Made by a program: the position numbers and the translations under genes. Below are positions 53,438-64,000 of a stretch of 64,000 nucleotides of DNA, piece by piece; the first letter of the stretch is position 1; each line of letters starts with the position of its first letter. Source of the stretch: Balamuthia mandrillaris (lineage: Eukaryota); contig JAVKOQ020000059.1 of assembly GCA_031835245.2 (NCBI GenBank), forward strand, positions 62,001 to 126,000, given 5' to 3'. The notes under the pieces are model-generated. The model searched no databases and had not been told where the DNA came from. It saw nothing but the letters and a program-made list of their open reading frames with translations.

Positions 53438-54907
53438 CGTGCAACATTCATGCCACACAACCGCTTACACAAAAAAACATTAGAGGAGGCTGTCGCTGCC
53501 ATCTACAAAGCCTTTCGCCAAGCGGGCGGCCAGAAAACAATGTTCGAGCTGCTCCAAAAACACTTTAGCATCCGCAGCACTGAAAACAAAGCGGAGGGAG
53601 ACTCCTCCTCCTCCTCCTCCTCCAACGCTGTCGCTCATTACTTGCTTCGCACCATTGCCAACCTCTCTCTGGACGATCGCTCCCGCGAGGAGATGCTTGG
53701 CAGCAAACGAGTGAGCGAGCTGGTGTCGCTCTACTGGCAGCACACGAACGCCGCCGGCAAGGACAGCATCATGCGCGCGTTGATGAACATGTCGGTCGAC
53801 TTTGAGGGAGAGGAGGTGGTCAGGAAGGAAGGTGGATTGGAGGCGGCCATCCGGCTCTTTGTGCAGTGCAAGGCCGACGCCCCATTGCTGCTCACTTGCT
53901 CTCGTTTGCTTTGCAATCTCATTGCAAATGGTTTCTATCTTCGTTTTTGCTTTTGCTTTTGCTTTTGCTTTTGCTTATTCTCTTCACGTATTTACTGTTC
54001 TTTTTTCGTTGAATCTTCAAAAGACACGAATAGAGCTCTGATGGTGGAAGCTGGAGTGACGGATCATGCTATCGAGCTGTTCAACAATGAGTCTCTTTCG
54101 GGTGAAGTTCTCAAGCGCGTTTGTAGGCTGCTTTTCTATCTTGCCGCTGAACCAAACAACGGTATGCCACTGCCCTCTTCTCCTCTTTCTTACTTCTGCT
54201 TTGTTTCTTCATCATTGTGCCTTTCTTCATTCTTCTTGTTTGCTCATTGTGTTTCCTTTCTTCAGAGGAAAACTTTGGGAAGATTGTGAATCGTAAAATG
54301 GGACAAAGGTTTGTGAGATGGCTACGGCGATGGAGAACGGACGAGTCCACCGTTTACAGCGTTTTAGAGGCCATCAGCAAAATTGCAGAACCAAATGCAA
54401 CGACAACAACACCAGAGACCTCTTCTTTCTATACTTCCGCCATTCATCCCTTTCAAGATGCGTTCCTGCCACAAAGAGAAGAGCGAGAAGGAGAACAAAA
54501 AGATAAAGAGAAAGAAGATGAGGAAGCAGAAGAAACAAGCGAAGAAAGAGAAGAAGAGGACAGTGGCATTTCAATCATTTGCTCTTTGCTCAGCAGCAAC
54601 GTTGTGAACTTGCAGATGATTAGCATCTTCTGTTTGGATCATCTTATGCAAAATAATGGTTCGTTCTCCTCTCACCCCTCCTTCTCTGCTTCTCTCTCCA
54701 TTTGTTCTCTGCTTCTCTCTCGTTCTCTGCTGAAGCTTGAAACCACAAAACACAGAACGAATGATAGCACACGTACAAAGAGATGCGACCGCGGTCAACA
54801 GTTTGATGCAACTGTGCGACCTCAGCGAGGCCAACCAGGGTCGAAGCAAAGCGCGTCAAGTCATGGCTCGTCTCAATGCTTTCTCCGTAACACGACAACA
54901 GCTCTAA
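52916..54907 (+). CDS. Armadillo-repeat protein with N-terminal signal-anchor
   Basis: WVLGAAALAGAVGVGWYVLNRK anchor; ARM-like LRTIANLS, RALMNMS, RLLCNL, NRALMVEAGV. Confidence 0.7.
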
Positions 54908-54936
54908 AATTCGTACAAAAAAGTTGCTTTTTTTTG

Positions 54937-57053
54937 TTAAGAAGACTCAGAAGAGTTTGTTTCGCCCCAGTTTACATAGTCCATTGTTTCGCTGGCCTTG
55001 TATTCGGCGAGAAGCTCTGACACTGCAGCTCTAAGCATGATCGTTAGAAGAACAGAAAGAAGAACAGAAAGAAGAACAAGGAGAAGAGGGAGGAGTAAGG
55101 ATAAAAAAAGAAGAAAGAGAGTAGAATACCGTGAATCGTCGAATTCTTCCCAATTCTTATTCTCGAACATGGGGTGCTCTTTCTCGTAATGGTTCATGTA
55201 GGTTTCTCTCTTTCGGAACGTATCGTATTGCTTCATTATCGTTGCAAACAGCTACAAGAACAATTGGGCATTAGTCGTTTTTTGGTGTTAGAAAGCGAGG
55301 AACGAAAAAGAAGTAAAGCAACAATAAATGATAAAGATGAAAAAAGAAAGAAGAAAGAAGAAAAAGGAAAGAAGAATGAAGAAAGAACAAGAAAAGAAAC
55401 GTACATTTCGAACGCTGGTGTGATTTGCAAGCATCAGTCCAGAGACCCTATTCGACGACTTAATATAGGGACTCTTCTTCGATAGGGCCACCTGAATGGA
55501 AGCCGGCCCCCATGGGATGAACCTCGCCACTCGTCTCTGCCTCAACCTGCTCAAGCTCTCGTGCACCATCGAAGGATCCACGTTATCTCCTTGAATGATG
55601 TTGAGAATGGAGATGTAACAGCCTGTTCTTGTATCGGTGGAGACCATCAAGTTTTTGGGATGCAGAAGCCTCGTCATCACGTCCAATACGCTCGTCTTGC
55701 GAATGCCTTGTGTCAATGGTTGTTTGGAGTTGTTGTTGGAGCTGTTGGAACGATCTCTGTGGTGGTCGATGGTAAGAGGAGTGTAGCCGGTCATGAGAAA
55801 GTGGCAGCGAGGGGTGGGCACGAGGGAGGCGATGAGACCGACGAGATCGTTGTTCATGAAGCCAGGATAGCGAAGGGTGGTTGTGCTAGCTGCCATCACT
55901 GTTGATACTAAGGAGTTGGTGTGAGAGAAGGAAGGTTCATAGATGTGTAAGCGATCCACAGCGATCCGATTTAGGGCTGTGTTATCCAAAACAACCTTTT
56001 TTTTTATAAAGCATAGAATTGTTTAACTTGAATAGAGAAGAAAGAAGAATAAAGAAAAAATAAGAAAGCGAGACAGAAAGAAACAACAAACCACGGAATC
56101 GGCGTTGTTAATGAGTCGTTTGAGAGTAAGCATGGAATTGTAGGGTTGAACAACGACATCAGCAGCGTTGGCATCTGGAAAGACAGAGTAGGTTTGTATC
56201 AGTTTTTTGGGATAGTGGTCGTTCAGCCTTTCCAACAAGTAAGATCCCATCCCAGAGCCGGTTCCTCCTGCTATCGAATGACAAAGCACAAATCCCTAAA
56301 ACATAAAATAGAGAAAAGAAAAAATGAGAAAGATGGAAGGAAGGATATAACCACAAGAGAGAGAGAAGCGCAAAGAGGAAAGAAACAAGAAAACGAGAAA
56401 ACAAACCTCAAGACTGTCGCTGCCATCAGCCTCTCTGTCGATCATTTCCATTATGTCCTCTGCCACTTTCTCTCCTTGATAGTATCCTACAAAACCATAC
56501 CTCATTTTAGAAAGAAAGAAAGAAACGACAAGAAAGAAAAGAAGAAGCCACAAGGAAGAAAGGACGAGGAAGAGAAGAAGAAGACCGACGAAACAAACCT
56601 CTGGCCCAATTGTTGCCAGCGCCACCTCCATCGGAGGAGACAAACACGTTCTCCGGGTTGTACAGCGAGCCATAGGGCGACTTGCGTATGCAGTTGATGA
56701 CGCCCGGCTCCAAGTCCAACAACAGGGCGCGCGGGATGAAGCGCTCGTCGTCGGCCTGGTAGAAGAAGACGTCCTTCCTGTCGCCGGCCTCGGGCGTGGC
56801 AAAGTCCTCCAGCCGGCCCTCCTGCGTCAGGCCATGCTCCGCGCATAATCTTTGCCAAAACTCGGTTCCAACTGAAGAAGAAGATGAAGAAGAAGAAGAA
56901 CAAGAAAAACAATAAGAACAAGAAGTAGCAGCAGAGAGAAGAATCCATGAATAAAAAATCGGGAGGAAGCGAGGGAGAGGGAGAGATGAGGAAAAATAAC
57001 GTACTCTGGTTACCGCACTGACCCACTTGTAAGGTTATTATTTCTCTTGGCAT
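54937..57053 (-). CDS. TUBG1: Gamma-tubulin
   Basis: [68 protein letters not shown]. Confidence 0.98.
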
Positions 57054-57276
57054 GCTTGTATTTTGCTTGCTTGTTTGTTGTTTTCCTCACCCCAATGTTT
57101 AATGGAAGCCGACCAGCCCCTTACACCAGAACCAAACGAACCCAATCACTCTCTCTCTCTCTTTCTTCTTTTTCGTCTCCCTTAATCCCGTGTCGACCCG
57201 ATAATTTCCGCGTCCACGCAAAAAAGCTTTCATGTCGTCATGTCCACTATTCCCATGTCGTCATGTTAAATTTTCC

Positions 57277-58808
57277 ATGTCGTCACAAGACTCAACGAAA
57301 AAAATAGAGAGAAGATCGCAATTGCGTAGTGGAAGGGGGAGTGGCAGCATGCGTCGTTCGATGTCTGGTCTGGTTGGGGCAACGCCCCATGGCTGCGGCC
57401 AAGGAAGAGGCCCTATTGCTCCAAGCGTGGTTCGTGCGGCCTTCCTGACACAAAGTCGTGCTTTCCAAGCAAGCGCTTCCACCACCACCACCACGCATCG
57501 ACCCCGTCTGTTCTCCTCGTTGACCTCTGCTCATTCGATGAGAGGAGGAGGAAATCTGCGTTCTTCGTTCTTTCACTCCAAGGGCACCCCTTCGAGGAGA
57601 TCTCTCTGGACGCTGCTACGTAAGGAGCCGCAAGGCCCTACTCTCGCCGCGACAAAGGGAGGAGTGGCGGCTACCTCCTTGGCAGCGGCTGCTGCTCTCT
57701 TTTACTTTTGGAGCCGCCATGACAGCAGGCTGCACTGTGGCGGCGACCAAACGACCTCTTCCTCTGAAGTTGTGGAGGAGAGCACTGGTCTTTCTTTTCC
57801 TTTGAGGTAATGTTTCTCTCTCTCTCTCTCTCTCTCTCCCCTCTTGGTCCACTCGCACTATTGCTTCTCTCTCTCTCGTTCTCTCTGCTGTCTTTCTCTC
57901 TACATCGTTCTCTGCTGAATGTGAGCCTGCGAATACAGGCTGCCAACAAAGACGCAGTCGCCGGCAAAAGAGCAAACCATGTTAGCGGTGGGAGTCCGTT
58001 ATGTCTTGTGGACCATCAAAGCCTACGCTGTCGCCCTTTACCTTGACTTGGAACAGGTAACTGTTCCTCTCTTGTGCTTGTTCTTCTTGTTCTTGTTCTT
58101 GTTCTTGTTCTTCTTCTTCTTCTTCTTCTTCTTGTTCTTGTTCTTCTTCTTCTTCTTCTTCTTCTTCTTCTTCTTCTTCTTCTTCTTCTTCTTCTCTTCC
58201 TTCTCCTTTTCTCCTATCTGTGCTTTGCATTCAGCTTGCCTCTTTGCTCATAACGAAATGAAAGATGGAGAACGAGAAGAGATCATCACCCAAGCTCGAT
58301 CTTCTGCTTGACCCCAACTACAGAGGTGCAAGAACGCTACGTTTTGCTTTTCACAGGTTTGTCTGTGTTCATCTCTCTATCTCTCTTATTCTCACCCAGT
58401 CACGCACGCAAACAAAAATAGAGATGATAGCAGCACTAGACTTATAAGAGGATTTGTGGAAGCCTGCCTCAAAAGATGGAAGAGCTCTTCCCCGGAGGAA
58501 CAAGAAACCCGAAACAAAGCCTTTGATGACTTTGCTGTTCTTTTTCCAGTTACCTTACGCCAGGTTCGTTGTTTTCTCCCCTCTTGTTCCTTCTCTCTCT
58601 CTCTCTCACTCTCTCTCACTCCCTCTGCCTTGCTATTCTAATCTTCTTATAAAAATAAAAGGGAATGACAATGGACTTTGAATGGAGAGGAGGAGATGAG
58701 TTGGTGATGTTTGTGGATGGCAAAGAGGCGGGCAGTGTTAAAAGCGCACCTTTAGCTCGTGCTTTTTTTGATGTACGTTTTAACGTGCTTTCTTCCTTGT
58801 TTCGCTAG

Positions 58809-58847
<39 letters not shown>

Positions 58848-58965
58848 CTCACTTTTTGTTTTTTTTAAAAAAAAGACATATCTGGGTGAAGAGGCAAAGT
58901 TGCCACGCTTAAAGAAAGAATGGGAGAACGAGTTAAACATTCGTTTATCAGAGAAGCACAAGTAG
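57277..58965 (+). CDS. Chalcone-isomerase-fold protein with mitochondrial-type presequence and TM segment (AIM18/AIM46/FAP-like); start may be 57349
   Basis: VVEESTGLSFP, LAVGVRYVLWTIKAYAVALY, VDGKEAGSVKSAPLARAFFDTYLGE. Confidence 0.8.
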
Positions 58966-59066
58966 AAGTCAAATATATACATAGTTTTAAAACAGTACGT
59001 TCAGCTGTCTCATCCTTTGATCCAAAAAGCTTCAGAAAAATAAGATCTCTTTGTTCCTGTCTCTCT

Positions 59067-59425
59067 TTAACCAAAAGAATAGTTGTTGTTGTTGTTGTTG
59101 TTCAGAGAAGAGCTTGAAGTCGAAGCGGCTGTTGGAGGAGGCACCGGGGCTCCTTTGATCACCATATCATTCTTTGCATATCTTTACCAAAAGTTTTTAT
59201 TGGGGAAGTTAGTGGACTAGCCTTCTCCGTTATGGAGAGAAGAAAGCGCGACAGAGAGGAGAGAGAGAAGAAAGGAAACGCACTCGATGTGGATGGGACC
59301 TGCTGTGATTCCAGCCCAGGATTGTATTTGCTTGCCCTGCAATGCTTGCATGCCTTGCATCGCTGCCTCTACGTTCTTTTTGCAAGAGAGCGAGCGAGCG
59401 AGAGAGAGAGAGAGAGAGAGAAGAA

Positions 59426-59456
<31 letters not shown>

Positions 59457-59483
59457 GAGAAAGAGAGAGAGAAGAGAGAGAGA

Positions 59484-59515
<32 letters not shown>

Positions 59516-59566
59516 AAGAAGAGAGAGAAAGAAAGGGAAAGAAGAAAGAGAGAGAGAGAGAGAGAG

Positions 59567-59603
<37 letters not shown>

Positions 59604-61574
59604 AAGAGAGAATGAGAAAGAAAGAAAAGTGAGAATAGAAAAGAGATGCTAAATACCAGGTACTGAACAAAGGCAGAAACGCGGTTGTTTTTGGTGTACA
59701 TCTGTGCTCGCACATAACCTGCTGTCCTATCAAACAAAAAACAAAAACAGAAAAGATGAGCAAACACCGAAGAAGAACATCACTGCACAACAAGAAAAAA
59801 AAAATGATGAAATGAACAGGGATGAAGGAAAGAAGAGAGTTAACTGGCTAAAGAGTTCTGAAATATCAGCTTCAGTGACTTCTGGCTCTAATCCGCTCAC
59901 AAAGAGAGTTCTACAGGGTCTCGCCATCCTCTGCGCGTCACATTCAAATGGATTGAAGGATGAATGGATTTATGTGGATGATGATAAATGAGAATCGTTT
60001 GTAAGAGGAGGAATATACGAAAACAGTTGCCAAGAAGGAACGGACACTAACAAAAGAGGTAAAGAAACTGCAATTCTAGAAGAAGCAGAAGAAGAAGAAG
60101 AAGAAGAACAAGAAGAAGAAGAACAAGAAGAAGAACAAGAAGAAGAAGAAGAACAAGAAGAAGAACAAGAAGAAGAAGAAGAAGAAGAACAAGAAGAAGC
60201 AGAAGAAGAAGAACAAGCACAAGAACAAGAACAAGAACAAGAAGATGATGACGACGATGATGACGATGAAGAAGAACACAAACAAGAAAAACAAGAAAAA
60301 GAAGACTAAAAGGGTAACAAGAATTAGAAAGGCGAAGGAGAGAGATTTCAACGTACGTGTGATTCATGAAATGGAAATGGTTGCTGGTAGTGATCGTTGA
60401 ATGCATAGGATGGAGCCGATGGTGCACGCTGCTCATAAGGAAGCGAAGAAGTATGAATGCTCAAGTGGTTTGATGAATACGGGATTGTTTTGCCTTTGAA
60501 AGCAACAACAAAATATAAAAACAAATGGTGAAAGAAGCAGAATGATGAGTGAAGAAGCAGAAGGAGAAGATGAAGAATGAAGAAGAATGAGGAGAAGAAG
60601 AAAAAGAATGAAGAGTGAAGAGTGAAGATAAACACCTTCTGTTGTGATAAAAACGGGTTCGCCGAGGCCTCCAAGATGGAAGCTGCTGGTCCGTTGACGC
60701 TTCATTGGGAAAAGACTGTTGTTTGTGCTCGCAGAGGATCGGGAGAGGCGCATTAACCGACTTTCCACGCGCTCTGGTGACCAAACTGAAGAAACAGAGC
60801 AGCTAGAGGTAAGAAGAGCAGAGAGAGAAGACAACAGGAGAATAACACAGATGTGCACATACATTCGGAGGCCGGAGGTTCTCGTTGAGAGTTCGCTTTG
60901 GCCAGCTCGACCCGTAACCTCACCGAAGAATCGGGATCAAAGTAAATGCCCTTGTTTGTTTTGCTGCTGTTACATTCAACAAAGCAACGAGAGAGGAGAG
61001 CAACGAGAGAAGCAGAGAATAGAAAAAGAGAAGAGCAGCAGAGAAGAGAGGAGAGCATAGAGAAGAGTGAAGGATGGGAGTAGAGCAAAGCAGCGAGGAG
61101 AACTGAAGAGAGAGAGGGCGAGAAGCAAAGAGAGAGAAGAAGAACCAAGAGAGAGAAAGAGAAGAGACGAAGAGAGAGAGAGAGAGCGGATGGGCGTACG
61201 TTCAATGCCTGCAAGGCAACAAGGGCCGAGCTCTGGTCGACAAAAGTAGCAAAGACGACGCCGCTGGACTTCAAGACGGAGTCCTCGTAGCCAGCAAACG
61301 GACGGAAGAGGTTGTGGATCTCTCTGCCCTTCACATCGGACGGGAAGCCAGTCAAGTACAAAGTACGAATCGCCGCCGCTACCTTTTTTTCCTCTCTTTC
61401 CTCACGTTCTTCCTCTTCTTCCTCTTCTTCATCTTGGCGCTGACGGGATGGTTCTCTTTCCTTACGTTTTCTCTCTTCCGCTTCTGGCCCAGATCCATCG
61501 GTTACGTCGCCGCTGTTACCGTGGTCTCCGAGGTAGTGATCGATCATCCATCGGGAGGAGGCCATGCCCTCCAT
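59067..61574 (-). CDS. Two-RRM RNA-binding protein (RBPMS/couch potato/MEC-8-like); start uncertain
   Basis: IRTLYLTGFPSDVKGREIHNLFRPFAGYE..FDPDSSVRLRVELAKANS; second RRM PCRTLFVSGL. Confidence 0.82.
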
Positions 61575-61743
61575 GCCTCTCTCCTTGGAAAAGGTGGGCC
61601 TCACGATGGCAACCACAGGAGTATGGTTCGTGTCGTCATGATTTATTTCCCATGACGTCATGGAATATGTAATCATTCTATCCGAGACGACATGATGTTA
61701 TCATCACGATATTTTCATGTCGTCATGAACAGAGGAGCACAAA

Positions 61744-63158
61744 ATGAAAGAAGACTGGACGACAAAGCGAGGAGGAGGTAACGTTTTGTCTTGTTCTTGT
61801 TCTTCTTCTTGTTCTTGTTCTTCTTCTTGTTTTTCTTCTTCTCCTTCTCCTTCTTCTTCTTCTTCTTCATTCTAGCTTCTCTGACCCTGCTTCCCTCACG
61901 TTCTTGTTCTTCTTCTTCTCACTTCTCACTCTCTGTGCACAAGGAGGAGACGGGGAAGGACATGCAGAGCGGTTTGTGGATGAAACCCTTCTGGACCCGA
62001 TGCCCAACGTTGTTGGGCAGGCCACGAGCAGGAGCGACAAGATCGGGTTTTTCCCGCTGCTGATGTTGCTCTTCTTTGCTGTTAGTGGCGGGGCCTACGG
62101 CACGGAGGACCTCGTCAGCTCAGCCTACCCGCTTTTCGCCATCCTTGGCCTTATCATTGCGCCTTGGTTCGTGGCTTTACCGCATGGTTCTCTGCTCTCT
62201 GCTCTCCTTTCTCCTCTCTCCTCTCACTCACCCATACGAACACATCAGGCCTGCTGACAGCAGAACTCTCGACGATGATACCTGAGAACGGGGGATACAC
62301 GCTATGGGTGCAGCGTTCGTTGGGCAACTTTTGGGGCTTCCAAGAGGGCTATTACCATTGGATCAACACCTTGACGGACAACGCCCTTTATCCTATCATG
62401 TTCTCTGATTATCTCTACCGGCTAACAGGTCTCTTCACTCATTCTTCATTCTTCATTTTTCTAGTTCTTGTTCTTCTTCTTAATCTTCTTCTTAAACTTG
62501 TTCTTCTTCTTCTTCTTCTTCTTCTTCTTCTTGTTCTTCTTCTTCTTCTTCTTCTTCTTCTTCTTCTTCTTCGTCTTCTTCTCCTTCATTGTCATTATCA
62601 AGATCTTCTTCATCATCTCCCACTGCTTCTTCTTTTTCTTCTTTATGCTGCTGCTGCTTTTCTCTTTCTTTGTTCTTATTTACGAACCATCTCTACTATG
62701 CATTCATTACAAAAAACAAAGGTGATCTTGGAGAAGGATGGGCATGGCTAATCCGCCTAGCTGTCATCATTGGCATTTCCACTCTCAATCTTCTAGGGAT
62801 AGAAATGGTTTGTAGTGGTTGCCTTTCCCTTCCGTCTTTCTCACCCTTTCGCTTCTTTCTTTTCAAAGGTGGGACATCTTTCTATCGTTTTTGGGGTGTT
62901 TGTATTGAGCCCATTCGTGCTATGTATCTTCTTTGGGCTGCCAAACGTGGATCCAGCACAATGGCTCGCTGTCAAAGAACATCCTCTGAATGATGTCGAA
63001 TGGGGCGTCTTCTTCAGCATTCTGATGTGGAATTATAGGTCTCCTGTCTCTCACTTATCTTACTTCCTTCTTCTTGTTCTTCTTCTTCTTCTTCTTCTCT
63101 TTCTTCTTCGTTCTTGTGCTTCTTCTTCTTGTTCTTCTTGTTCTTGTTCTTGTTCTTC

Positions 63159-63232
<74 letters not shown>

Positions 63233-63987
63233 CTTCTTCTTCTTCTTCTTCTTCTTGTTCTTCTTCTTCTTCTTCTTCTTCTCTCTCCCTCCCCTTTCAC
63301 AGTCACTCATAGTAAATTCGTTGCCTTTTTGCGGTTTAACAAAAGCGGTTTCGATTCTCTGTCGACAGTATCTGGCGATGTGAAAGAGCCCAACAAAACT
63401 CTGCTTCGCGTGACTTTGGCAGCCCTTCTATTGATCATTGTGTCCTATGCAGCTCCGCTAATGGTTGCCGTAGCCGTTTTGACTAACTGGGATGATTGGG
63501 AGGAAGGCTATTACCCAGTTATTGCAGGAAAGATTGGAGGAAAGTGGCTGGAATGGTTCATGACATGCGGTGCTGTTGTTGCTTCACTTGGAATGTTCAA
63601 CAGGTTAGTTCTCTCGTTTTTTTTTTGGCCTTTTCTCCTTTTGTTTTCTTTTCTTCCATTCTTTTTTCTGCCATCTGTTACTATGTATTTCACTTTTTCA
63701 ATTCTTTATCATTTCTTCTTCCTTCTCCTCTCTTCACTTCTCTCAATAGCATCTTATACACATCATCAGCGGCATTATCAGCATTAGGACAGGAAGGAAT
63801 GTTGGGTGCGCCCGCCCTTCTCTGGACTAACCGACGTAAGAGCCCATGGGTGAGCATCCTCTGCAACACGGTGGGGGTGTTGGTTTGCCTGCTGTTGCCG
63901 TTCCGAGAGTTGGTCCAGGTCGACACAACCATGTACGGCCTTTCCGTCCTGTTGGAATATGCTGCTCTCATGTGGTTTCGAATCAAG
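61744..63987 (+). CDS. APC-superfamily amino acid/polyamine transporter (LAT/PUT-like); continues beyond the window
   Basis: FFAVSGGAYGTEDLV, AELSTMIPENGGYTLWV..FWGFQEG, WNYSGFDSLSTVSGDVKEP. Confidence 0.9.
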
Positions 63988-64000
63988 GTTCTATTCCTTC

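Noticed and set aside
56338..56348. ATATCCTT on the minus strand in gamma-tubulin
   Set aside because: Lies inside a normal GT-AG intron whose removal already restores DSLE|GFVLCHS

Overview
Gene-dense, intron-rich eukaryotic DNA with microsatellite-filled introns. The style suggests a free-living amoebozoan such as Balamuthia or Acanthamoeba (inference only). Splicing by hand gives about 23 protein-coding genes and one tRNA-Arg(UCU). The genes are: MetH C-terminus, alpha/beta hydrolase, RPB10, GT10 fucosyltransferase, two tandem hybrid histidine kinases, ALG6, UBLCP1, a DH-PH RhoGEF, an MT-A70 methyltransferase, an RS/K-rich protein, DUS1, an ankyrin-formin, an STE/Cdc15-like kinase with PH domain, mitochondrial IF3, Sec1/Munc18, SYF1/XAB2, a secreted YDGG-repeat protein, an ARM protein, gamma-tubulin, a chalcone-isomerase-fold protein, an RRM protein and an APC transporter. 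Highlights: (1) the two kinases are ETR1-type ethylene-receptor homologues with the Cys/His copper site intact, which is visible only after splicing; (2) an AT-AC (U12-type) intron in the hydrolase; (3) a possible DNA 6mA writer subunit with DPPW; (4) a recurrent TGTCG[A/T]CA element in short promoters; (5) a secreted RGD/RYD tandem-repeat protein; (6) an intronless ankyrin-formin fusion. All gene models are manual, and no database search was run.
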